This document shows, one piece after another, positions 12,050 through 24,019 of a stretch of 51,223 nt of DNA. Under the pieces are notes generated by a model. The model searched no databases. It worked only from the letters and a program-made list of their open reading frames with translations, and was not told where the DNA came from. The translations under genes and the position numbers were made by a program. The stretch comes from Octopus bimaculoides (lineage: Eukaryota), in the NCBI RefSeq assembly GCF_001194135.2, contig NC_068993.1:57281822-57333044 (forward strand), in the 5' to 3' direction. The stretch's first letter is position 1; every line of letters starts with the position of its first letter.

Positions 12050-12620
12050 AATATTCTTTTTATCATTCGTAAGTGATAGCTTTACTCCATCACATTCAAA
12101 GCAGAGAATATTTTCAAATTTTCAATTCGTACAGATATCTGGATGTTCACCATATGGAACATCATTATTAGATGGATCTTTGACTTGTTATTCTATATAC
12201 CTTCACATGATCTAATTTTCTTCATTATTCGCTGATGTAATTATCGCTGCTTAGTGAAAAAATGATGCAGTAAATTATCCGTACTTTTCATTTCCATAAA
12301 CCCGAAACTCTTCTACTATGATAATCGTTTTGATTTTAATCTGTAATACATAATCACACGTTCTGCAACGAAGGGCTTCACATTGTCTTACCTGTGTCAT
12401 TTCTTTTTCCGATCAGAATTCCGCCCTTGCTAATAGATTTCTATGGCTTGGTGATTGTCTTCCATTCATTAATTTTGAAACATTAATGACTTACTTCAGA
12501 TTCCATGACTGATTTAAAATTGCAAGGTATTATTTGCCCCAAAATACGGTAGAATGGTTCCAAGAATTACTGGTGAATATTTCTAGGTGGGTGCTCCTTG
12601 TGAGATTTCCTTTGTATCAC
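12050..12620 (-). mobile_element. Highly decayed Penelope-like element linker/GIY-YIG region
   Basis: Minus-strand translation HPPRN...RQSPSHRNLLARAEF*...VRQCEALRCRTCDY...QVKDPSNNDVPYGEHPDIC parallels HNPRN...KQPESLKRLLTNVKF...RPKCGTC...KEQISFPKYRQIYLVEHIERC at 48.4-49.2 kb. Confidence 0.6.
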
Positions 12621-13812
12621 AGGGATTGGCATTTGTTTTACCTCATTTGGGATATTAATCATGAGGTTTTACGGCTGATGCAGGTGATTTGATGAAACCA
12701 GATAAGACGCAAAAAGGTAAAGAGAGCGCAAGCGCTTTCTCAAAACAAAAATCTCCCATTAAGAGTAAATTTCAATACAGACACACGCACTTATATATAT
12801 NNNNNNNNNNNNNNNNNNNNNNNNNNNNNNNNNNNNNNNNNNNNNNNNNNNNNNNNNNNNNNNNNNNNNNNNNNNNNNNNNNNNNNNNNNNNNNNNNNNN
12901 NNNNNNNNNNNNNNNNNNNNNNNNNNNNNNNNNNNNNNNNNNNNNNNNNNNNNNNNNNNNNNNNNNNNNNNNNNNNNNNNNNNNNNNNNNNNNNNNNNNN
13001 NNNNNNNNNNNNNNNNNNNNNNNNNNNNNNNNNNNNNNNNNNNNNNNNNNNNNNNNNNNNNNNNNNNNNNNNNNNNNNNNNNNNNNNNNNNNNNNNNNNN
13101 NNNNNNNNNNNNNNNNNNNNNNNNNNNNNNNNNNNNNNNNNNNNNNNNNNNNNNNNNNNNNNNNNNNNNNNNNNNNNNNNNNNNNNNNNNNNNNNNNNNN
13201 NNNNNNNNNNNNNNNNNNNNNNNNNNNNNNNNNNNNNNNNNNNNNNNNNNNNNNNNNNNNNNNNNNNNNNNNNNNNNNNNNNNNNNNNNNNNNNNNNNNN
13301 NNNNNNNNNNNNNNNNNNNNNNNNNNNNNNNNNNNNNNNNNNNNNNNNNNNNNNNNNNNNNNNNNNNNNNNNNNNNNNNNNNNNNNNNNNNNNNNNNNNN
13401 NNNNNNNNNNNNNNNNNNNNNNNNNNNNNNNNNNNNNNNNNNNNNNNNNNNNNNNNNNNNNNNNNNNNNNNNNNNNNNNNNNNNNNNNNNNNNNNNNNNN
13501 NNNNNNNNNNNNNNNNNNNNNNNNNNNNNNNNNNNNNNNNNNNNNNNNNNNNNNNNNNNNNNNNNNNNNNNNNNNNNNNNNNNNNNNNNNNNNNNNNNNN
13601 NNNNNNNNNNNNNNNNNNNNNNNNNNNNNNNNNNNNNNNNNNNNNNNNNNNNNNNNNNNNNNNNNNNNNNNNNNNNNNNNNNNNNNNNNNNNNNNNNNNN
13701 NNNNNNNNNNNNNNNNNNNNNNNNNNNNNNNNNNNNNNNNNNNNNNNNNNNNNNNNNNNNTACATATATACATACATATGTATATATATATATATGTACA
13801 CATATATATGAA

Positions 13813-13997
13813 TTTAGCTGGCAGAATCGTTAACACGCCGAGGAATATCCTTGGCGGAAATTCGTCCTTCGTTATATTTTGCGATCAAATTCCACCGTCT
13901 GATGTTCGATAGAATAAGTACCACTTGAATACTGACGTTGCGGTAATCGATTTACTCACTCCCCCGAAATTGCTGGCCTTGTGCCATAATTCAAAAC
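13813..13997 (+). mobile_element. SINE family 1, degenerate, tail variant B
   Basis: AGCTGGCAGAATCGTTAACACGCCG head; TCAAATTCC; AATAAGTACCA; CCCCCGAAATTGCTGGCCTTGTGCC tail. Confidence 0.75.
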
Positions 13998-14229
13998 TAA
14001 TATATACATATGTGTGTGTGTATGTGTGTGTGTGTTTGTGTGCGTGTGTGTGTGTGTGTGTGAGTATGTATGTATATAAACAAAATTACGATTGTTGTTT
14101 TTTAGAAACGTCGAATGCTTATCGTCGGATAGTCAAGAAAGTGATATTTTCGAACGCAATATCGTCGTTAAAACAGCAGAAAAATTGGGTATTAATACTC
14201 TTATAAGGAAGAAAAAAAGTTGTCAACAA

Positions 14230-14233
14230 ACAA

Positions 14234-14271
<38 letters not shown>

Positions 14272-14586
14272 TTATGTAGATAGATAGGTATATATATAAA
14301 TACACATATATGTATATTCATACACACATACATTTATGCATAAATAAATAAATATATATATATATATTTGTATGTATAAATGTATGTGTGTATGAATATA
14401 CATATATGTGTATTTATATATACCTACCTACACATGCATACAGGCACACGTATATATATGTAAGTACAACCATATATTTTTCTGTCTATCTATCCATTTC
14501 TTCATTTCTTCTCAGTCTATCTCTCTCCCCTCTCTCTGTCTCACTCACCCACCCACCCTCTTTCTCTCTCTCTCTCTTTCTCTATG

Positions 14587-14630
<44 letters not shown>

Positions 14631-14720
14631 CGTGTGTGTGTGTGTGTATAGGTGGGAGTGACATACGATATATAGATTTCTACGCGAATACACACGCGCA
14701 CATATGAACCTATACATATG
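14230..14720. repeat. Compound (CA)/(TA)/(TC)/(TG) microsatellite cluster
   Basis: Visible arrays. Confidence 0.9.
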
Positions 14721-16865
14721 CATCTATCTGCGAGTACGAGTCAAAAGAAATACAAAATGCCTGAGGATATAATAAACTTTGTTAATTAACAATTTACGTC
14801 ATCATAATAATTTCAATGATACTGAACAATGCGGACACAAAGAATTATCTTCTATTATACGAAATTCTTGTAAATGAATTTATTTAATTAATTAATTAAT
14901 TAAAATAATAATGGCATGATTAAAAGAATTGGCATTTATATCATAGATTTCATGCTCAGATATTAGACAGTGCAACAACTATTCCAGCATTTTTGAAGAA
15001 CTGTAGGAAAATGATTTACCTGTTCTCGAATATACATACGGATACATACATACATATATACATACATGCATGCGTGCATATATATATGTATATGTATATT
15101 TATATTTTCTAATAAAAATGTAATAAAATACCATACGCTCATATACATAATTCATACACACTAAACCTTACACACATACACATATGAACATTTTTATTCA
15201 TGTATGTATCGATTTGAAAAATTGACGCATCCTAACATACATATATTTCATATGCACATTTCAATTTGAATATGTGAATACATAATATTTAAAGACGTGT
15301 TTATATGTACATAAATATGTATGTGTGTATATATTTATATATATATATATATATACATATATATANNNNNNNNNNNNNNNNNNNNNNNNNNNNNNNNNNN
15401 NNNNNNNNNNNNNNNNNNNNNNNNNNNNNNNNNNNNNNNNNNNNNNNNNNNNNNNNNNNNNNNNNNNNNNNNNNNNNNNNNNNNNNNNNNNNNNNNNNNN
15501 NNNNNNNNNNNNNNNNNNNNNNNNNNNNNNNNNNNNNNNNNNNNNNNNNNNNNNNNNNNNNNNNNNNNNNNNNNNNNNNNNNNNNNNNNNNNNNNNNNNN
15601 NNNNNNNNNNNNNNNNNNNNNNNNNNNNNNNNNNNNNNNNNNNNNNNNNNNNNNNNNNNNNNNNNNNNNNNNNNNNNNNNNNNNNNNNNNNNNNNNNNNN
15701 NNNNNNNNNNNNNNNNNNNNNNNNNNNNNNNNNNNNNNNNNNNNNNNNNNNNNNNNNNNNNNNNNNNNNNNNNNNNNNNNNNNNNNNNNNNNNNNNNNNN
15801 NNNNNNNNNNNNNNNNNNNNNNNNNNNNNNNNNNNNNNNNNNNNNNNNNNNNNNNNNNNNNNNNNNNNNNNNNNNNNNNNNNNNNNNNNNNNNNNNNNNN
15901 NNNNNNNNNNNNNNNNNNNNNNNNNNNNNNNNNNNNNNNNNNNNNNNNNNNNNNNNNNNNNNNNNNNNNNNNNNNNNNNNNNNNNNNNNNNNNNNNNNNN
16001 NNNNNNNNNNNNNNNNNNNNNNNNNNNNNNNNNNNNNNNNNNNNNNNNNNNNNNNNNNNNNNNNNNNNNNNNNNNNNNNNNNNNNNNNNNNNNNNNNNNN
16101 NNNNNNNNNNNNNNNNNNNNNNNNNNNNNNNNNNNNNNNNNNNNNNNTATATATATATGTGTGTGTGTATATGTATGAATGTATTTGCATACTTATGCAT
16201 ATATACATACATGCTTTTATATATATACACGTGTGTCTCTCCCTGTGTATGTGCGTGTGTATGTGGAGAGAGAGCGAAGACGTAAGTGAGAGAGAAAGAG
16301 CGAGTGAGAGAGAGAGACAGAGACAGAGAGAGAGAGACAGACAGAGAGAGACAGAGAGAGAACTGAACGTCTTTGGCAATTGTCTTTTTACTTAGTGTCA
16401 TGGATAAATACAAACAAGAGAATTTTCACGTGGTAGTACTTAGATCTTTTAATACCAACCTATAAACAGAATTAGAAAGCGACAACGAAAAAACACTCCA
16501 TAAAACTTCTGTGAAAAACGCTGAAAAAGAAGCAATATCTCATGGCACTAAAGAAATATATATCAAATCCCGCGGTGAAGACATGATATGTGTAACTTTT
16601 GATATTTCTCTTTCTCCACATAATATTCCAACATATTTCGAGGTTTTATTTTTAATTCTTATTTTCTTGTTTCCTCGAATTAGATCTTACTTACATCGAA
16701 TCACGGTTTTTCGCCCCCACGTGTTTTTATAAGCTTATAAGTTAAATATCGAATGCGATGGCTTGTTATTCTGATGGCTGTCTGCAAATGTACAGTGTTA
16801 CAATATTTAGAATCACATTTCTGCATCCGCTCCTTCCTTTGACATAAGACAGTAAACAAGTTTTA

Positions 16866-16929
<64 letters not shown>

Positions 16930-17559
16930 NNNNNNNNNNNNNNNNNNNNNNNNNNNNNNNNNNNNNNNNNNNNNNNNNNNNNNNNNNNNNNNNNNNNNNN
17001 NNNNNNNNNNNNNNNNNNNNNNNNNNNNNNNNNNNNNNNNNNNNNNNNNNNNNNNNNNNNNNNNNNNNNNNNNNNNNNNNNNNNNNNNNNNNNNNNNNNN
17101 NNNNNNNNNNNNNNNNNNNNNNNNNNNNNNNNNNNNNNNNNNNNNNNNNNNNNNNNNNNNNNNNNNNNNNNNNNNNNNNNNNNNNNNNNNNNNNNNNNNN
17201 NNNNNNNNNNNNNNNNNNNNNNNNNNNNNNNNNNNNNNNNNNNNNNNNNNNNNNNNNNNNNNNNNNNNNNNNNNNNNNNNNNNNNNNNNNNNNNNNNNNN
17301 NNNNNNNNNTATGGTAGTTGTCTACTCCTTATGCGGCTTTTAAAACCAGATAATGTTTTGAAAAGACAGCCACATAGATTCCATATCCTAATTGGACTAC
17401 CGAGAGCTGCAATTAAGTTCTGATCTTTGTGGATCTTAAAATATGTTTTGAGGCCTCCGTCAGATTTGCAGGCCTTCTAATATACATTGCATTGAAAGGT
17501 GTGCACTGAAAGAGAAGCAGAATATATGTATTGGGAAATAGTCAGTGCTAGTCTGTGCG

Positions 17560-17990
17560 GGATGATGTGGTGTGGTATGGTAGTGTATGTTGTGGTGGTG
17601 TGTGGCGTAGTGGTGCGGTGTTGTGGTGTATGGTGCAGTGTGGTTGTGTTCGGATATGGGGAGGCGAGAGTGGGGGAAGCAAGGGTGGGGTCTAAGGGAT
17701 GGGGTGCGGGATGGAATGTATAAGGATGGTGGGGGTGGAATGTGTAGGGGTGGGTAACGAGGGAGGGCGTGACGATGAAGGGAGAGAGTGGAAGGGAGAA
17801 GTTGGGTAGGAGTGAAGAGAGGAAGTAGGTGCCAGAGGAAGAGAGGAGAGGTGGGTGGGAGGAAGTAGGTGTGAGAGGAGAGGTGGGTGGGAGGAAGTAG
17901 GTGTGAGAGGAGAGGTGGGTGGGAGGAAGTAGGTGTGAGAGGAAGAGAGGAGAGTGGAGGAGGGTTAGATGAAGAGGGGAGAGGAATTGA
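17560..17990. repeat. G-rich low-complexity tract including three copies of a 32-bp minisatellite (GAGAGGAGAGGTGGGTGGGAGGAAGTAGGTGT)
   Basis: GTGGGTGG recurs at 17851, 17883 and 17915 (period 32); G3-5 tracts at 17658-17710. Confidence 0.9.
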
Positions 17991-18019
17991 GCCCATGTGG
18001 GGCAAAGAAGCGAAGAAAG

Positions 18020-18170
18020 GAGTAATCCCTGCTCACGGCGAAGACTGGAGTCTGGATTGCTCCTGTGAAAGGACAATCCGAACACAGACAGGTGGTGTAA
18101 AGAGTGACCGGTAGAGCGGAAATGGCGCGAGACCGGGGTGTCGTTGTCGAGTCAAATATGTCGGAGGTGT
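18020..18170 (+). mobile_element. Possible C-terminal remnant of an RTE-type LINE
   Basis: GC-rich island; one frame reads AEMARDRG (cf. RTE terminal A..DR..WR motif). No other motif is clearly recognisable. Confidence 0.25.
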
Positions 18171-18227
18171 TCCGCGAACCGGTCAACCAAGCGGCGTCCC
18201 GTTTGACCGATGTATAGAGAAGGATAG

Positions 18228-18244
18228 TTATCTATCTATTTATG

Positions 18245-18285
<41 letters not shown>
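18228..18285. repeat. (TATC)n tetranucleotide repeat
   Basis: Visible; similar arrays at ~21145-21197, ~34485-34608 and ~36450-36632. Confidence 0.95.
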
Positions 18286-18909
18286 CTAACTAGCTAGCTA
18301 TTAAACTGGATATTCATTTAGAACTTCTTCCCTTATTAGCTACGTGCGAGCCCATTCAAGGGTCAAAAGGAGTCTTGATATATGTATTTATTTATGCAAA
18401 TATGTATGTTTATTGTGTATGTATATATATATATATATATATNNNNNNNNNNNNNNNNNNNNNNNNNNNNNNNNNNNNNNNNNNNNNNNNNNNNNNNNNN
18501 NNNNNNNNNNNNNNNNNNNNNNNNNNNNNNNNNNNNNNNNNNNNNNNNNNNNNNNNNNNNNNNNNNNNNNNNNNNNNNNNNNNNNNNNNNNNNNNNNNNN
18601 NNNNNNNNNNNNNNNNNNNNNNNNNNNNNNNNNNNNNNNNNNNNNNNNNNNNNNNNNNNNNNNNNNNNNNNNNNNNNNNNNNNNNNNNNNNNNNNNNNNN
18701 NNNNNNNNNNNNNNNNNNNNNNNNNNNNNNNNNNNNNNNNNNNNNNNNNNNNNNNNNNNNNNNNNNNNNNNNNNNNNNNNNNNNNNNNNNNNNNNNNNNN
18801 NNNNNNNNNNNNNNNNNNNNNNNNNNNNNNNNNNNNNNNNNNNNNNNNNNNNNNNNNNNNNNNNNNNNNNNNNNNNNNNNNNNNNNNNNNNNNNNNNNNN
18901 ATATATATA

Positions 18910-18942
<33 letters not shown>

Positions 18943-19569
18943 GCATGTATGTGTATGTATGTATGTATGTATGTATGTATGTATGTATGTATATGCGTGG
19001 CTCTGTGTGTGTATGTGTGTTTTATAAATGTCAAACTAGATCTATTGTCAAAGTTGTATAAAGTATATGTTATAGTCATGATTTATAGAGAAAACGTGAG
19101 TATGAAGCCTGTTCACAATGCTGGAATTATTTCGGCAATAAAATAACACAATAACACACACAAAAAGATTGTATTCTAATTCTGTTTTTTTATGAGAATG
19201 CATGTTTACATTCATACAAATCGTTTATGAGGATAAACGGCTTAAAATGTAATAAAAATATTGGGGAATATAATAGCGAAAAGAAAATAAAGCAAATAAA
19301 TGACTGTAACGTTCTCCTTCGCTTAGAATTTGCCAAGGCATCAAATCATATAGAAAAAGATAGTAGCATAATTAGGCGACAGAAACAAGCAATTTAGTGG
19401 GGTCACCAATGGTCTACTTATATTGCTAATATTCTTCGTGGTTACTCCATTGCCAATCCTACGTAAAGTTATCTATTGTCAAAATGGTTTCGTCCATGAC
19501 CAGGTCAGCCTTTCGCCATGGCGTTTCTAAGATGAGCTCTAGCTATGTGCTTCTTTATCACACGGTAGT

Positions 19570-19844
19570 GACAGCGCGTGGCTTCGTGTTTGGGGGTATT
19601 ATGCTCACAATCGTAATGTCGCGAGTTCTATTCACTGCTGCGCGTTTAATCGTAAATAAATGGCAAACTGACTACGATCCGTAAGCCAACGGGCCAGTCT
19701 TGTCACGCGGAATGTCCCTGAGAAGTACGTTAAGGGTACACGAATCAGTGCAGTGTTCAGTTACGTATGCTTTAATTTCAGAAGCAGACAATTCCATTGA
19801 TGGGATCAACTAGAAACCTCGTCGTCGTAACCGACGGAGTATCA
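19570..19844 (+). mobile_element. tRNA-derived SINE, family 3
   Basis: Degenerate head GCGTGGCT..GTG.T...CTCACAATCGTAA.GTCGCGAGTTCTATTC (anticodon-loop-like and B-box-like); body CCCTGAGAAGTACGTTAAGGGTACACG and 3' end CTCGTCGTCGTAACCGACGGAGT match a cephalopod repeat as I recall it. Confidence 0.6.
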
Positions 19845-20100
19845 TTTTTTGTTTGTTTTGTTTTCATAAAACGTAGTTTGTCTTTTCTCGGATTTATGGG
19901 AAAAGATTTTGGTTCACACCCACTGAGTTTCCTGTTCGAAACCACTCCCACTGACCTCGCACAAATGGCTGTTTTCTATTGTCATCCCAGAGCAATCTGT
20001 ACAAATGCAATTTATCTCAATCTTTCAATCATTTATGATATACACACATACACACACACACACACACAAACACACATACATACATACATATACACACACG

Positions 20101-20148
<48 letters not shown>

Positions 20149-20191
20149 TAAGACAGGCTTCTTTCAGTTTCCGTTTACCAAATCCATTGTA

Positions 20192-20248
20192 CAGAGGTTG
20201 TACACCTTGGAGACCTGCTGTGGAGGGTGGTTACGGACCGACTCGAGA
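20192..20248 (-). pseudogene. Short fragment derived from 28S (LSU) rRNA
   Basis: CAGAGGTTGTACACCTTGGAGACCTGCTGTGGA...TACGGACC matches the reverse complement of the conserved LSU segment CGTACCCATATCCGCAGCAGGTCTCCAAGGTGAACAGCCTCTG; CACCTTGGAGACCTGCT (20203-20219) equals the universal LR8 LSU primer sequence as I recall it. Confidence 0.75.
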
Positions 20249-20424
20249 GCTGCGTATCGTTACGGACCNNNNNNNNNNNNNNNNNNNNNNNNNNNNNNNN
20301 NNNNNNNNNNNNNNNNNNNNNNNTTAACAAGGCTATGTTCGGCTCGAGGCTTTAATAGAAGACACTTTCCTAAGTTGTCACGTAGAAGGACTGAACCCGG
20401 AACCATGTAATTGGGAAGCTAGCT

Positions 20425-20640
20425 TCTTATTTCTTTATTGCCCACAAGGTGACAAACAAGGACAGACAAATGGATTATGTCGATTTTATCGACCCCAGTG
20501 CGTAACTGGTACTTAATCGATCCCGAAAGCATGAAAGGCAAAGTCTACCACGGCGGAATTTGAATTCAGAACGTAGCGGAAGACGAAATACCGCCAAGCA
20601 TTTCGTCCGGTGTGCTAACGTTTCTGCCAGCACACCGCCT
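20425..20640 (-). mobile_element. Full-length SINE family 1 (tail variant A), nested in the head of a family 2 SINE
   Basis: Complete head (AGGCGGTGTGCTGGCAGAAACGTTAGCAC) through tail (GTGGGCAATAAAGAAATAAGAA); the host SINE sequence resumes at 20641. Confidence 0.9.
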
Positions 20641-21142
20641 TACCATACAGCCGCTTCTGCACCCTCCTCGTTTACCTGCTCCTCTGATTTCATTTTCCCT
20701 CTCTCGTATTTCTTAATCACTCTTCCCCTCTCTCTTCAAAATCATTGCCTTCTTCCCAGACTTACCTCCCTTGTATCATTTTCTCTCTCCTTCTCCCTCT
20801 CTCTCATTTCTTTCCCTTCTCTACTATTCCTAAGTCTCACTCCCCTCTTCAACTCCTCCTCTCTCTTAACACGTGATCGTTGAGGCATTCTCATTCTTTT
20901 TCGGCCGGCCGCCTTTGAGGTTCCGTTCAGTTTTTTTTCCATTTCCATATCAGAGAACCATCGACTAAGTAAGAAAAAAGAAAAAAAGAAAACAAAACAC
21001 GTCCAGTTTCTATCGCTTTCTTACCCGAAAACGAACATTCGTTTTCTTGACGGATACAAATGATAAAAAATGTTATCCCTAGCAGCATAGTTTTGTCTTG
21101 TTATAGTCACGGTGGTTTAAGCCTGAAATCTACCTACTTACA

Positions 21143-21197
<55 letters not shown>

Positions 21198-22563
21198 TTG
21201 TGAGTGTGTATGTATCTATGCCTAAATTTCTCTCTCTTCCCCCCCTCTCTCTCTGTATATATACATATATATGTGTGTATTTGTGTATCNNNNNNNNNNN
21301 NNNNNNNNNNNNNNNNNNNNNNNNNNNNNNNNNNNNNNNNNNNNNNNNNNNNNNNNNNNNNNNNNNNNNNNNNNNNNNNNNNNNNNNNNNNNNNNNNNNN
21401 NNNNNNNNNNNNNNNNNNNNNNNNNNNNNNNNNNNNNNNNNNNNNNNNNNNNNNNNNNNNNNNNNNNNNNNNNNNNNNNNNNNNNNNNNNNNNNNNNNNN
21501 NNNNNNNNNNNNNNNNNNNNNNNNNNNNNNNNNNNNNNNNNNNNNNNNNNNNNNNNNNNNNNNNNNNNNNNNNNNNNNNNNNNNNNNNNNNNNNNNNNNN
21601 NNNNNNNNNNNNNNNNNNNNNNNNNNNNNNNNNNNNNNNNNNNNNNNNNNNNNNNNNNNNNNNNNNNNNNNNNNNNNNNNNNNNNNNNNNNNNNNNNNNN
21701 NNNNNNNNNNNNNNNNNNNNNNNNNNNNNNNNNNNNNNNNNNNNNNNNNNNNNNNNNNNNNNNNNNNNNNNNNNNNNNNNNNNNNNNNNNNNNNNNNNNN
21801 NNNNNNNNNNNNNNNNNNNNNNNNNNNNNNNNNNNNNNNNNNNNNNNNNNNNNNNNNNNNNNNNNNNNNNNNNNNNNNNNNNNNNNNNNNNNNNNNNNNN
21901 NNNNNNNNNNNNNNNNNNNNNNNNNNNNNNNNNNNNNNNNNNNNNNNNNNNNNNNNNNNNNNNNNNNNNNNNNNNNNNNNNNNNNNNNNNNNNNNNNNNN
22001 NNNNNNNNNNNNNNNNNNNNNNNNNNATAAACAAGGCACAGACACACACGCACACACACCCACGCGCACACACACACACACACACACGCACACACACACA
22101 CACACACCACCTCTCACACAGGTAGTCAATTACCTGTATATATTACCAGTAATATTCGCAACGCCCACAACAATAGCAAGAACATCGAGGACACAAGTGA
22201 AACAGTAGAAGTCACGCAACACACGTAGAAGACAACAAACTTACACAGTAACATGTAAATGCACATGCACACTCAAACACATACACGCACACACACACAC
22301 ATACATACACTCCCTCGTAAACAAATTCATATACGTACACGTAGAAAACTGCTAAAAAAAAATGTCTAAAACATATGAAATACATCAATACCACACATAT
22401 AGAAACAAGAACTTTAGACATTCTTGACTTCCAGAAAGTTCCTAGTATTTACCAAAACATCACGTTGTACATTCTGCTTTCTATTTCTGCGAATGTTTAC
22501 CAATAACTGGAATTTATTCTTGCTATCTAAATAGGCAAAACACATAGTCAGACACATATCATT

Positions 22564-22687
<124 letters not shown>

Positions 22688-23179
22688 TGCACGCACGCAT
22701 ATGCATATATAGTTGCACGAAAACAAGCATACACTCACAAATGCAGAAATACATATCATTTAAAGATATTTTTCTTTCTTTTTCTAAAGATCATTGGCTG
22801 ATAATATGAATGATTTCCGTGTTGTTGTTGATGTTGTGGTTCTTCTCGTTTTATTTTAGTTGTTATTATTGTGTTTTTGATGCGAGGCGACTCTTTTATG
22901 TTATTTTCAACAAGGAAAATGCAAGATGGCTGCCGCTAAAGGGAGATAAGTGAGACTTAACATGATATATATATTTAACACATGTTGATACTTTATACGT
23001 TACTGCAGTAAAAGAAGATATGTAAGTTGTTGGTGGAGAGCGGGAAAGAAGACAAGAAAGCGAAGGAGGAGGGGGTAGGGGGGTAGATACTGATGCTGAC
23101 TGTAAGGGGAGATGGTGGCAGTGAAACAACAGCACCAAGTTAATTAAATTGAAATCGTACGAAGAAGAAACGTATCCTA

Positions 23180-23459
23180 TACAGGTGTATGTATGTATAT
23201 ATGTATGTACCTATGTAAACATACATACATATATATATACATACATACGTTCCCACATATATGTGTGTATATATACATGTATATATATATATATATATGC
23301 GTATAGGTATATATATTATATATGTACGTATATACATATGTATACATATGCGTACACGAATAATGATAATTGATAGACACACATGAGCAAACAGTTGTAT
23401 GGTATAGCTCTATACACAGAGAAAAACTGCACAGCTGCATATATACCTATATCAATATA

Positions 23460-23531
<72 letters not shown>

Positions 23532-23762
23532 TATAGATATACATACATATATATACATTTATATATACACATACATATATACAGACACACATATATATAC
23601 AGAGAGATATGTAGATATAGATATAGATATAAATATATATACATATATATATATAATTATATATCCATGAACAAACACACGCACACACACAGACACTCAC
23701 TCACACACATATAAACATACACACGTACACATACGCACGCTCTCATATACTGACATGCTTGC

Positions 23763-23801
<39 letters not shown>

Positions 23802-23870
23802 TATATTTACATATCAGTACACACACACACATACATATACATACAGAGACACACAGACACACACCTAATT
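23180..23870. repeat. Compound (TA)n/(CA)n region
   Basis: Visible; perfect (TA)n core at ~23465-23528. Confidence 0.95.
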
Positions 23871-24019
23871 GTCTATATAATTGTACACGATGCTGCTTAA
23901 TACAGAAGATCTCGATACGTTTTCAAATGTCAATAATCGTGTACATAACTTAACATCACATTAATTTTTTTCTTTTCTTTTTTCCCGCTCTTACTTCATT
24001 CCTGTTGTCGTAAACGTTT

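Larger units (their letters stand above)
20145..20663 (-). mobile_element. SINE family 2, 5' half, interrupted by two insertions
   Basis: Segments 20145-20187, 20324-20424 and 20641-20663 are collinear with 7585-7754. Confidence 0.8.

Noticed and set aside
17841-17945. 32-bp direct repeats resembling a CRISPR array
   Set aside because: Repeats are contiguous with no spacers, and the context is eukaryotic.
20192-20248. Functional rRNA gene
   Set aside because: Only ~57 bp, diverged, and embedded in a SINE.
22453-22526. Possible minus-strand exon (TTTAG…GTAAAT; DSKNKFQLLVNIRRNRKQNVQRDVL)
   Set aside because: No recognisable protein similarity and no partner exons; such splice-like signals are common by chance in AT-rich DNA.
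22922-22934. YY1-like CAAGATGGCTGCC (and CRE palindrome TGACGTCA at ~30504)
   Set aside because: Isolated short motifs with no promoter or gene context; expected by chance in 51 kb.
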